Part shown: positions 27,681-36,846 of the stretch, piece by piece
Layout: every line of letters starts with the position of its first letter
Numbering within the stretch: position 1 is the stretch's first letter
Virus record (IMG/VR): IMGVR_UViG_3300049811_000081
Span: 32,001-96,000 of that record
DNA: 64,000 nt
Source: a virus
Direction: 5' to 3' (one strand)
The notes under the pieces: generated by a model
Told to the model about the DNA's origin: nothing
The model's database searches: none
Seen by the model: the letters and a program-made list of their open reading frames with translations, nothing else
Program-made: the position numbers and the translations under genes

Positions 27681-27944
27681 TTAAATATTATCCAATATCT
27701 CTTTCATAACTTCTTTTTTCGGTTTTGTCGTCATATAGGTTTTCATAACCATTGACATCTCAACAAACTTATTAATCATGTACCTTTCTTCGGTTTCATA
27801 ATTAAACTTTTTCAATGCATCCTCCAAAGGTATTTCTTTAACAAGATAGTCTGAGTGTTTAAACATGATCTTATCCTTTGTGATATCATAACGCAAAGAC
27901 ATCACTTCCCCACGATTGTTTCTGTATGTGATTTTAAATTCCAT
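27681..27944 (-). CDS. Hypothetical protein
   Basis: ORF track. Confidence 0.6.
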   Translation of the reverse strand: MEFKITYRNNRGEVMSLRYDITKDKIMFKHSDYLVKEIPLEDALKKFNYETEERYMINKFVEMSMVMKTYMTTKPKKEVMKEILDNI

Positions 27945-27959
27945 ATATAAAATTATTCA

Positions 27960-27990
27960 CAAATATAATGTGTTTTTTCGAATATCCAAA
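27960..27990 (-). promoter_or_regulatory. Bacteroidota-type promoter TTTG-N19-TATATTTG
   Basis: Both elements present with consensus spacing. Confidence 0.6.
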
Positions 27991-28230
27991 AAAATTTTAA
28001 ATAAAAATATAATCATAATTTTTTTATAACGTCGGTGAAAAAAAAACCGTTAATCCAGTTGTTTGATGATGTCCCTTGTTATGATGTAGAACCAAATACC
28101 AACAATTATATATCTTAAATTAGAAATTGCATACCACTCATCACCAAATAAATAATATATGGATATTGCAATTAAGACAATGTTTGTGATTATTAAAATG
28201 ATTTTGATATTTTTTACATACTTTTTCACT

Positions 28231-28467
28231 TCAATCGATATTTTTTAAGATGTGACTAATACAAGTGGTGTATACTTTTTTACCATGAAATTCATTTAAC
28301 TCTTTAATTTTTTTCTTTAATATTCTTAATCCATATGATTTTCCTTTTCTTGGGGAATTTTTATACTTCATTACAATTGGTTTAATAACCGAATTGTATT
28401 CATTAATATATTTTTGTTCTCCTCTGTATTTCAAATATATACAATTCATAATTAACCAACAACCCAA
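28231..28467 (-). CDS. Hypothetical protein
   Basis: ORF in packed run. Confidence 0.5.
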   Translation of the reverse strand: MGCWLIMNCIYLKYRGEQKYINEYNSVIKPIVMKYKNSPRKGKSYGLRILKKKIKELNEFHGKKVYTTCISHILKNID

Positions 28468-28673
28468 TTTAATATTTTTAAATGCTCTTCAACCTTTCTC
28501 ATTTCGTGATCGGTGAAATCCACTTTCTTTTTCAGGTCACCACCCGAATTAACCCCATTAATTGAGATCTCTTTCAGATAATCGATCATGTATGCATCCG
28601 AAATTGTTTTATAATATTCAAGGGTGTTTTTTAATTCCTCAATTTTGGTTTTGATTTCGTTTTGTGTTCTCAT
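28452..28673 (-). CDS. Hypothetical coiled-coil protein (..LxWV terminus)
   Basis: ORF in packed run. Confidence 0.6.
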   Translation of the reverse strand: MRTQNEIKTKIEELKNTLEYYKTISDAYMIDYLKEISINGVNSGGDLKKKVDFTDHEMRKVEEHLKILNWVVG

Positions 28674-28678
28674 CTAAT

Positions 28679-28930
28679 TTATCGATTTATTAAATAATCA
28701 ACCATTTCTTTTATTTTCTTATTTAGAAAATCTGCGTCAGATGATGATAAACTTAAAGTCGGTTTTTCTGAGTTGTCGATATGTATGTCGATACATTTTG
28801 TTTCTTCATTGGTGTCTATTCTTATTTCATGTTTGGTACTTGTTCGAAAAGTTGATCTAACGAAAAAAGGATTTACTAATTTTTCCATAAAGAACATTTT
28901 TATCTTGTACTGTCTCGGAGACCACTTCAA
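28679..28930 (-). CDS. Hypothetical protein
   Basis: ORF track; start uncertain. Confidence 0.5.
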   Translation of the reverse strand: MKWSPRQYKIKMFFMEKLVNPFFVRSTFRTSTKHEIRIDTNEETKCIDIHIDNSEKPTLSLSSSDADFLNKKIKEMVDYLINR

Positions 28931-29114
28931 AATCTACTTCCTTACCGTCATTATCCACTATCTGTGAAATGGACGCCTGCACAATATTGACATCATCGGG
29001 ATGTAAGGGGATAGTTTTTTCTATCTCATACGGCACAACACCGAATTGGTTTTGTTTTGTTTGGTAACTAATAACCCATCCTTCTTTTGTGTAATGTAAT
29101 ATGCCGTGTGACAT
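28857..29114 (-). CDS. Hypothetical protein (PLHPDD motif)
   Basis: ORF track. Confidence 0.55.
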   Translation of the reverse strand: MSHGILHYTKEGWVISYQTKQNQFGVVPYEIEKTIPLHPDDVNIVQASISQIVDNDGKEVDFEVVSETVQDKNVLYGKISKSFFR

Positions 29115-29119
29115 GGTGA

Positions 29120-29668
29120 TTAATTTACATATAACCTCTTGTTATTATAAAAGGCAACCGGATTATCTCCAGCAATTACACCATATTCGGTTTTCACGTT
29201 ATTATAAATGGAATTTTTGTCATTGTCGATGTATTCTGACAAGATATGACAAAACCCATAATTGGATTCATCAACAATATCCTGAGACGTTCCGTATAAT
29301 CCACAATAGTATGCTTCGGAAACTTCGGAAATAAACATACCACTATAAAAACCAAATAGGTTATTATTTTTAACAAATTGATCGGCGTTACACCAAATGT
29401 ATATGTTTTCCTTTTTATTTTTCAAATGGGACACAATCTTTTTGTCTATCACATACCCACCAAAATCGGGAAATTTTCCGACGGAAAATAAACCTTCGGG
29501 TGAACCATGACCCATCATCATTATCCTGTCATGTGACTTTATTAAGTCAATTAATTCACTTCTGGTAACATTACCTTTAATTACAGTTTTTTCCACAATT
29601 GGATTATATACGATTTCGAGAAAATCCGTTGTTTTGTCTTTGGGATGAATAATCAATGTTTTGTTCAT
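29120..29668 (-). CDS. Hypothetical protein with GHG...WC motif (possible clan CD protease-like fold)
   Basis: IMMMGHGS and IYIWCNA segments. Confidence 0.55.
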   Translation of the reverse strand: MNKTLIIHPKDKTTDFLEIVYNPIVEKTVIKGNVTRSELIDLIKSHDRIMMMGHGSPEGLFSVGKFPDFGGYVIDKKIVSHLKNKKENIYIWCNADQFVKNNNLFGFYSGMFISEVSEAYYCGLYGTSQDIVDESNYGFCHILSEYIDNDKNSIYNNVKTEYGVIAGDNPVAFYNNKRLYVN

Positions 29669-29693
29669 AAAAACTAAATTAACGTTTATTTTA

Positions 29694-30125
29694 TTAATAC
29701 CAATTTTTTCTTGCGGGAGATAATAATTTACTCCTACTATAATTTATAGATAGTGTATCAAACACTTGTTTACAAGAATTTCGATAATCGAATTCTAATT
29801 GATATCGATTGGCAAATTCTTTAAAACCGTGAAGTACCGATGCATGATCCCTATCAACATGCCCACCGATAATAGTGCTACTTAATCCATATTTTAATTT
29901 TATACAGGCGTAATATAAATAACGAGCATTTACGTGAACAACTTTTCTTGATTTTGAAATTATTTCCTTTTCAGTTACCTTAAAAGTGTGTGCAACTATT
30001 TTAAGTATTTTTTTTTGTGATGTGTCACAATGTTTTTTGATACACGCCTCCTGAATATCTTTTGGTAAATCATCTACCCTTATACCCGGATAGATATAAG
30101 GGGAGATTATTGGTGATTTCTGCAT
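29694..30125 (-). CDS. Stand-alone DnaA C-terminal (domain IV) HTH protein
   Basis: IISKSRKxxxVxAR...IGxxxxRDHASVLHG. Confidence 0.82.
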   Translation of the reverse strand: MQKSPIISPYIYPGIRVDDLPKDIQEACIKKHCDTSQKKILKIVAHTFKVTEKEIISKSRKVVHVNARYLYYACIKLKYGLSSTIIGGHVDRDHASVLHGFKEFANRYQLEFDYRNSCKQVFDTLSINYSRSKLLSPARKNWY

Positions 30126-30136
30126 TTGGTTTTTAT

Positions 30137-31186
30137 TTAGAAATGGATATTTTCATCAAGTCCACTTATTGGATCGACCCCACTTATTATGTGTGACGAA
30201 CTTATCGTTAGGGTATCATTAAAGATGCCCATTTTTTTGATTATCTCTGTTCCTTCCGAATTTACGCCGTTATCTACCATATCAGATAAAAGATTATTTG
30301 CGTGATTTACATATCCTTCGGACAATGGGAAGTTTTGGGTAATGTTCCCACTCATGACTGTTAGCGGTGGAGCGGCTTCATTTACAATTATACGATCATC
30401 ACCTAAATCAAAATCATCTTCGGAGTTGAAAGTGATATTGGCAATTCCATCACTACTGATTATGTGGTCTTTTATGATACCTAATATTTTTGGGTCAATA
30501 TTGGACATCATGGAATCTATTCTAACATCTATTTGATCCCAAAAAGTTAATTCCCTATCACTAAATCTAAAGTGTGTGGCAACTTTTAGTCCTGTTTTTT
30601 TATTGATGGTATAAATCAGAATTCCATTTGATGCCCATTGAGCAAAATAATGACGCCTACCTGTGTCGGTTGATGACGTACACCATTTTGTGTTTTTCCC
30701 ATACTTAATCGAAGCCTCCCAAGTCAATGGTTTTAAAACCAGCCACTCATTATCTTCATAAATTTTTGTGATTTGCTTTTCAAGTTCTTTTTCCTCCAGA
30801 GTTAATTCAACAACATTCAAGATGTTTAAAATTTGTGAATACGATTTGATATTGTTTAGGTCTTCTTTTATTCTGTTCTTTTCATAATGAGATATAAATT
30901 TTTGAATATTCTTTATTTTTTCTAAATCATCAGAATGGAAGTGTTTATTCACCAAATAATCAAATTCATAATGATTAAGGTTTTTATTATCATCATTAAA
31001 ATACACCTCTTGTTTTTCTAGTTGAAACCTAAGTTGCGGTCGGTCTACGTCATGAAAGTTTGGTTTAAAAAAGCTCATCAAAAATGGTAAATATTTGTGT
31101 GGTTTTTCTTCACAAAAACACTCAAATATTTTTGCCAAATTGATATTGTTTTCCTCATTTGATCTAATCTCTTTAATTTTTGACAT
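30137..31186 (-). CDS. Hypothetical protein with TxEASxxYGxxTKWCT motif
   Basis: Motif seen in ORF; related to 5823..6503. Confidence 0.7.
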   Translation of the reverse strand: MSKIKEIRSNEENNINLAKIFECFCEEKPHKYLPFLMSFFKPNFHDVDRPQLRFQLEKQEVYFNDDNKNLNHYEFDYLVNKHFHSDDLEKIKNIQKFISHYEKNRIKEDLNNIKSYSQILNILNVVELTLEEKELEKQITKIYEDNEWLVLKPLTWEASIKYGKNTKWCTSSTDTGRRHYFAQWASNGILIYTINKKTGLKVATHFRFSDRELTFWDQIDVRIDSMMSNIDPKILGIIKDHIISSDGIANITFNSEDDFDLGDDRIIVNEAAPPLTVMSGNITQNFPLSEGYVNHANNLLSDMVDNGVNSEGTEIIKKMGIFNDTLTISSSHIISGVDPISGLDENIHF

Positions 31187-31236
31187 GGATATAAAATTTT
31201 AATTTTGGAAATTACGATAAAGATATACAAAAAATA

Positions 31237-31262
31237 AACCCCACAAAAATTTTTGCGGGGTT
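31237..31262 (-). terminator. Intrinsic terminator
   Basis: AACCCCGCAAAA/TTTTGTGGGGTT stem plus T-run on the minus strand. Confidence 0.7.
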
Positions 31263-31284
31263 AAAATAAAATGGTTTGGTAATT

Positions 31285-31485
31285 TTATTTTCGTTCTATG
31301 ACTTCATTTGTGTCAATGTCAATTATGTAATGTGTGCCGTTTCTATCCACCCCAACAACATACCTACCGTTTTCGTTTCCGTCGCTCGGAGTAACTGATG
31401 TTGTCTCGTCTTGATTTATTTCGTTTACGATTTCGGTAACTATTTTTTCTAAATCCGATTCTTTTAATTTAATAATCTTTTTCAT
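31285..31485 (-). CDS. Small protein with MKKIIKLKESDL N-terminus (probable late/virion protein)
   Basis: Preceded by GATATTTAT; LxE/VNE motifs. Confidence 0.65.
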   Translation of the reverse strand: MKKIIKLKESDLEKIVTEIVNEINQDETTSVTPSDGNENGRYVVGVDRNGTHYIIDIDTNEVIERK

Positions 31486-31503
31486 ATCTAATAAATATCC
31501 CCA

Positions 31504-31782
31504 TTATTTCTTTTTTTTGACACTTTTTAATTCATTATATGGGATATAATCAATTTCTGTTTCCCCTTCGGGTATATCCGATACCTCAACCTTTTTCTGG
31601 TCTGATAACCAAATAGAATAAATGAGAACTAAAAATAATGAAATCAATAAGACAGACAATAATAACGTCATTAAAATCCTCACACCAATATGTGGAGATT
31701 TTAAACCGGGTAAAATCACTAATTCAACTAAGATCAATGATGCAATACCAAACGAAATGGGGTTAATAATTTTCTTAAACAT
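31504..31782 (-). CDS. Membrane protein (2 TM)
   Basis: Hydrophobic helices. Confidence 0.6.
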   Translation of the reverse strand: MFKKIINPISFGIASLILVELVILPGLKSPHIGVRILMTLLLSVLLISLFLVLIYSIWLSDQKKVEVSDIPEGETEIDYIPYNELKSVKKKK

Positions 31783-31852
31783 AAAGTGGTTTGTGTAACA
31801 ATCTAGTAATAAATAATTGTGTATTTGTAAATAGAAAAATCTTTTTATTTTT

Positions 31853-32326
31853 TTAAGAAAACTCGGTGCTCGATGATACCCTTAATCCATCGATATAGAT
31901 GTCATGGTATTTTTCATCATAGTGCATATCGTGTTCTTTACTAAAGGTCTGGGTATCCCATCCATCAACATACCAACTTAGTGCCATATCGATAAATTTA
32001 TCAGGATCGATTTCATCACCGTATTCGTCAACAACTCTGCCAGATCTAATAAAAGAGAACAATTCTTCTTTATTGGAATAGTATTTATTGTTATTAAAGT
32101 TCCATAAGAACTTCCATCCCCCGCTTCGTTTACCTAAATGAATTGATATTCCATCCATAAATTCTTCCCAAGGATTTATGGATAAAAAATCGTTTAGAAA
32201 TATGTACCTAAACCCTCCTTCAATACTATATTGTGATATATCCAGATTTTCAATTCTATTAATTAATTGATTTTTCTTTTCTACTACCTCTTCATGTGTC
32301 GGTATTCTAAAAAAATTAGTTCCCAA
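31853..32326 (-). CDS. Conserved-looking phage protein (GTNF...IHLGKRSxGWxFLW)
   Basis: ORF track, TTG start; TATATTTG at 32360-32367 upstream. Confidence 0.7.
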   Translation of the reverse strand: MGTNFFRIPTHEEVVEKKNQLINRIENLDISQYSIEGGFRYIFLNDFLSINPWEEFMDGISIHLGKRSGGWKFLWNFNNNKYYSNKEELFSFIRSGRVVDEYGDEIDPDKFIDMALSWYVDGWDTQTFSKEHDMHYDEKYHDIYIDGLRVSSSTEFS

Positions 32327-32389
32327 AATATACCTCCTTTGTTTATTGAATATATCTTACAAATATAATTCATTATATCATAACAAAAA

Positions 32390-32411
32390 AAAATCCCGAA
32401 AACGGGATTTT
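32390..32411. terminator. Intrinsic terminator
   Basis: AAAATCCCG-AAAA-CGGGATTTT with flanking A/T runs. Confidence 0.75.
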
Positions 32412-32431
32412 TATATAAAAGAAATTTTGTT

Positions 32432-33619
32432 TTAATTTGTTTTAACTATATCCTTCTTACCGTATGTGGCAATTTTTAATGCCGATTTCGGATTAATGGA
32501 TTCCAACTTCTGTTTAAAATCACTAATACATTGCATTAACGCCCCAGTAATGATTGCATCATCCATCACCGTAAAATCATCGTTATGTTCTTTATCCATT
32601 GGAACCGTAACACTAGAAGAAATTACGTTGTCATCGAGATAACCATTCGGATCTAATCGAATAACACTTAATCCGTCTTTTATATAATTTTCATCTGATC
32701 TTTTCCTACCAAATTTATTTTTCATTTTTATTTGCCATATAAAGTTGTTGTTTACTTTTTTACCGACAACTGAAAATAGTGTTTGTAGTGTAACGTCTAA
32801 ATTTAATTCATAATAACCCCTTTTATCCAATTTATACACAGGAGTTTTTCCTTCATAGTGTTTTTTTGCCTTTCTATCTTCTTCCCAATTTGTATATTTG
32901 TTATTGAATTGTCTAGCAAGATAATAAGTGTTCATATTATCATTTTTAACTCCCCTAACTCTATCGACAACGGCATTGAGAAACTGATTGGCACTTTGGT
33001 ATGAATTGAAGTTTAAGGACTGAAACGTGATTAAATTATTTGTGTACTTTGGGACATGATTATTTATGTAGTTTCTGGATTTCCAAACCTCTAACATAAT
33101 GGCAGGAATACTTCTTAGATTTAAGACTTCGTTAAATTCCCTACCTTTTTCACTTTGATCTCCGAATTCACTTCTTAGTATTTTCAAAAATTTTCTATTG
33201 ATTTTTTCAGGTAATGATTGTTTACCCCCAAGATTAGATCTTGTTGAGAAATTTTTATTGTCAGGGGCGTGCATGGGTCTTTTACATTCAATTAATTGTG
33301 GTTCTATTCCATGTAAGTCTTCAATTTCTTTTAACCAATCTCTATTTTCATTAATAAATTCATCTAACTGTTGACAATCTAGTGGTACGACAACGATATC
33401 CCCACCTTCGGTTTTACTTGGATTTAATACCCAATAATGTGGAATTTTATCTGGACTATCTTTCTTCCAATAGGGTGTTGCTTTGCTGATTTTAAAAGCT
33501 CCTGTCTTTTTATCCCACTTGGGTTTTGGTGGCAAATGAGGATCCTTCCTTTTGAAAACATCTTCATCGACATCAAGTTCTAAATTTTCTAATAATTGTT
33601 TTTTATTTATAATTTTCAT
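32432..33619 (-). CDS. Hypothetical protein (probable late gene)
   Basis: 395 aa ORF co-transcribed with the cell-wall hydrolase. Confidence 0.7.
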   Translation of the reverse strand: MKIINKKQLLENLELDVDEDVFKRKDPHLPPKPKWDKKTGAFKISKATPYWKKDSPDKIPHYWVLNPSKTEGGDIVVVPLDCQQLDEFINENRDWLKEIEDLHGIEPQLIECKRPMHAPDNKNFSTRSNLGGKQSLPEKINRKFLKILRSEFGDQSEKGREFNEVLNLRSIPAIMLEVWKSRNYINNHVPKYTNNLITFQSLNFNSYQSANQFLNAVVDRVRGVKNDNMNTYYLARQFNNKYTNWEEDRKAKKHYEGKTPVYKLDKRGYYELNLDVTLQTLFSVVGKKVNNNFIWQIKMKNKFGRKRSDENYIKDGLSVIRLDPNGYLDDNVISSSVTVPMDKEHNDDFTVMDDAIITGALMQCISDFKQKLESINPKSALKIATYGKKDIVKTN

Positions 33620-33629
33620 TTTACTTACT

Positions 33630-35105
33630 TTACGAAACGTTTGATGGTTTATTTTTATTTGCCGCCAAAATCTCTTGCGAGTACCTGTTTATTTGAGATA
33701 CCAATCTTCTTAAATTAAACTCGTATCTTGGGTCGGACGCGTATCTACTATTATTTTTGTTAACAAATTTATTAATTAAATCAGATGCCGTTCTTCCCTT
33801 TGTGATGTAGTTACGAGCCATTAAATTATAATATGCATCAATACCACTTTGAACATTTGGGTGATTTGAAACCTTACCACTATCAACATTACCCACATTG
33901 AACGGATTTTTAGTCCTAATTGGTTTGGCGTTTACGTTTTGAGAAAACCCACCTTCCTGTGCAAGTTGTGCTAACGCCAATTCAGGTGGTACGTATTTAC
34001 CGAACTGATCAAAAACTTTTTTAGCGGAATATGCTAACATAGAACCCGTTATTTTTAAGGGATTTGAAGGTCTTGTTTTAATAAACCTATCCGCAATATC
34101 TGAATATAGCTTAACCCCAATTTGGTTACTTAGGTCTAAATCTGTGAACAATTTACCACCCCCGCTGGTTACAGGACTATCAACCAATTTTTTTAAATCT
34201 TCGGGTTTAACATTTTTTTGTTCCAATTTGGTTTTTATGGTCTCAACTACTTTTGGTGTCACGACTGATTTTGTACTATCGGTATTGGTTTTGGGTGAAC
34301 TTACATTCATTTGACCACTAGATTTATTAATATATCTCAACGGATCAACCAACTTACCATTTAATTTGAGTTCAAAATGAACGTGAGCTCCCGTTGATCT
34401 TCCTCTTCCAACATCACCTCTATCACCACCACTTAAACCAATTATATCGCCTTGTTTAATTGTTTGACCGGTAGTTACATTGATTTTTTTACAATGACAA
34501 TACCTACTTGTAAATCCATTTGGATGTTCAATTTGGATAGTTCCTCCACATCCGGTATTTTTAATTGCAGCAACTAAAACTTTACCATCCGCCGGGGATT
34601 TAATTTCTGTTCCAGATGGTGCAGCAATATCGATACCGGGATGTTTGTGATCAGTTCTTCTTGCTCCGAATTTGCTTGTTATTCTTGTTACATCCACCGG
34701 AGCGATGAGCGTCACCTCACCTTCGTTTATATCAACCTCTTCCTCTATTGTTGTTTCGTCGTTGGTTAAATTATTATCGTCTTTGAATTTTTCCACCGCT
34801 TGTGCGGTTTCAGGACCATATAACCCATCGACACCATGAACTGGTAAATCATACCCCAATAATTCCAACCCCATTTGAACCGTTTCAACATCTTTTTGAT
34901 ATTCCATATCACCCTTTTGTTGTTGAAACAAGGGTTGGTCAATATTGTCTAAATTTTGGAAAAATTGATTTACATCAGTACCGACTAAGTCTGCCTTTTT
35001 AGGGTCATCAACCTTTTGTTGCTCTGTTGACTGTTCGTTAACGACCTTTTTATCCGAAAAAAGATATTTAATTCTACTTAATTGTTCATTAAGATTTCTT
35101 CTCAT
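33630..35105 (-). CDS. Modular peptidoglycan hydrolase: PG-binding + M23 peptidase + lysozyme/glucosaminidase-like domain
   Basis: GVDGLYGPETxxAV; HPGIDIA...YCHC...STGAHVHFE; PELALAQLAQEG..NPFNVG..YASDxxY. Confidence 0.85.
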   Translation of the reverse strand: MRRNLNEQLSRIKYLFSDKKVVNEQSTEQQKVDDPKKADLVGTDVNQFFQNLDNIDQPLFQQQKGDMEYQKDVETVQMGLELLGYDLPVHGVDGLYGPETAQAVEKFKDDNNLTNDETTIEEEVDINEGEVTLIAPVDVTRITSKFGARRTDHKHPGIDIAAPSGTEIKSPADGKVLVAAIKNTGCGGTIQIEHPNGFTSRYCHCKKINVTTGQTIKQGDIIGLSGGDRGDVGRGRSTGAHVHFELKLNGKLVDPLRYINKSSGQMNVSSPKTNTDSTKSVVTPKVVETIKTKLEQKNVKPEDLKKLVDSPVTSGGGKLFTDLDLSNQIGVKLYSDIADRFIKTRPSNPLKITGSMLAYSAKKVFDQFGKYVPPELALAQLAQEGGFSQNVNAKPIRTKNPFNVGNVDSGKVSNHPNVQSGIDAYYNLMARNYITKGRTASDLINKFVNKNNSRYASDPRYEFNLRRLVSQINRYSQEILAANKNKPSNVS

Positions 35106-35134
35106 ATTTATATAAATATCAGAAAAAATGTTGT

Positions 35135-35317
35135 TTATTCGTCGGTGGATTTATTCTTACCTTTTATTTTTTCGAGTAGGGTTCTCTCTCTAGATTTTAC
35201 GATTTTTTCGTCACTTTCATCGTGTTGCTCACTTCTTGTGATCCAGTAGTAAAGTTTTTTTTGGAGTTGGTGAAGCTTGTGGTACAGTTTTCCTTTATCA
35301 AGTTTTTTGTTACTCAT
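35135..35317 (-). CDS. Hypothetical protein
   Basis: ORF track. Confidence 0.5.
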   Translation of the reverse strand: MSNKKLDKGKLYHKLHQLQKKLYYWITRSEQHDESDEKIVKSRERTLLEKIKGKNKSTDE

Positions 35318-35426
35318 TTTTGTTGTTTAATAGTTATACTTTATTTTTTCCAAAATTCCCACCATTTGGGTTCTTTATTTGGTTTAAGATTATGTGACAC
35401 ATTAAAATATAACAAAACTTTTTATA

Positions 35427-36803
35427 CTAAAGAAAATCATACCTCTCTTTTTTCCACACAATGTCTTTATGCTTCACCATTTTTTCATTTAAAATGTCTA
35501 CCGCATCAGTAAAATCCAAGTGAATTGGTTTATTTGTTTTCGATAGTGCTTGGACGAGATCTCCTTTCCTGTACTGTAAATTAATTTTAGTTTTATAGTT
35601 AGACATCGATAGATAGATATACACCAATCCATGTATAAATTGTCTAGCCATACAATTTTTCATAACCGCACCTTCTACCCTGAAATCATCTTCCGATTTT
35701 AATATTTTGACTTTAAAAGTCTTACCATTAATAATAATATCGTCCTCAACTTCGTCAATAAATTCTTTTGGAAAAAGATATTTGTTCTTATATCCTCTAC
35801 TATTATGTTCTTTTAATCCTATCCATTCTTCTTTAAGTAAATTAAATTTAATTTGTTTATTTGCGGTGAATTTTGTTTCAATGTTTTTTTCGTCCAAATA
35901 TTTTCGTACTTTGAAAATTTCTGCGAGAGAATAAATTAATGGTTCATATGTCTCAACATCGTCTTCCCAATTTTTAATTAAACTAGATAATTGTTTTTTT
36001 TCGTAATCATTTTTTAATGGTTCTGGTATTGTTTTTTTTGTTAACTCAACATAACAATGCCTTTGCCAAGGAGTACTCTTTAGGTAATCGGTAAAGTTAT
36101 TTCCAAATAATTTACATAAATAATTTATTGAGGAGATCTTTAATTGTTTTTCGGATTTGTTTATCTCAGAAATTAGATATGAGGTTTTAATTCCCAAGGA
36201 ATCCAGAACCGCAGGTAAATATTTGTTATTGTTTTTGGTTAACCATTTTTTTGTAGGATAATGATACATTAAATCATCATATATATGATCATGACCTTTG
36301 ATATTTTTTTTAGATAGATGAAAATCCACCAACAATTCATACATTTCAGAATAGTCTTCCTTGTCTTTGTGGGTTGGGGGAGTAAATTTTGTAAGTAAAA
36401 TCGTTTTGAAGATGTTAAAGATGTTATTGTTCGCTCTTTTATACTGAGTACCCCAATAACCAAGTCTCTTTTCACCCCTTTCTAGACCATTCCACAATAA
36501 ATCATTCACATGTTTAAATGAATTTTTTCTTCTTATTTCACAGTTTTTGTAATATTTTTTATCGACTAAATCGTCATCGTTATTTATTTTATATACGGTT
36601 TCGACATTTCCGTTATTTGTATTGATCGATAGAGAGTGATTGAAAATGAGTTGTTTTTTGGTGATGGTTGATAAATTCGTATAGTTAAAGTTAAAATTAA
36701 GTGTCAAATTCAAATTTACTCCATCATAGGTGATATGTATATCACAAAAGGAAACATTAACCTTTTCTTTTTTTTCTTGTTTGTGTCTAAATAATAAATC
36801 CAT
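35427..36803 (-). CDS. PcfJ-like domain protein
   Basis: C-terminal LKSEDDFRVEGAVMKNCM; YPTKKWLxKN shared with neighbour. Confidence 0.7.
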   Translation of the reverse strand: MDLLFRHKQEKKEKVNVSFCDIHITYDGVNLNLTLNFNFNYTNLSTITKKQLIFNHSLSINTNNGNVETVYKINNDDDLVDKKYYKNCEIRRKNSFKHVNDLLWNGLERGEKRLGYWGTQYKRANNNIFNIFKTILLTKFTPPTHKDKEDYSEMYELLVDFHLSKKNIKGHDHIYDDLMYHYPTKKWLTKNNNKYLPAVLDSLGIKTSYLISEINKSEKQLKISSINYLCKLFGNNFTDYLKSTPWQRHCYVELTKKTIPEPLKNDYEKKQLSSLIKNWEDDVETYEPLIYSLAEIFKVRKYLDEKNIETKFTANKQIKFNLLKEEWIGLKEHNSRGYKNKYLFPKEFIDEVEDDIIINGKTFKVKILKSEDDFRVEGAVMKNCMARQFIHGLVYIYLSMSNYKTKINLQYRKGDLVQALSKTNKPIHLDFTDAVDILNEKMVKHKDIVWKKERYDFL

Positions 36804-36827
36804 CTATCAAAAGATAGATGGATTTAT
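36794..36827 (-). promoter_or_regulatory. Perfect 15-bp hairpin covering the start codon of 35427..36803
   Basis: ATAAATCCATCTATC-AAAA-GATAGATGGATTTAT. Confidence 0.75.
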
Positions 36828-36846
36828 CTTTTTTGTAAATATTAAA

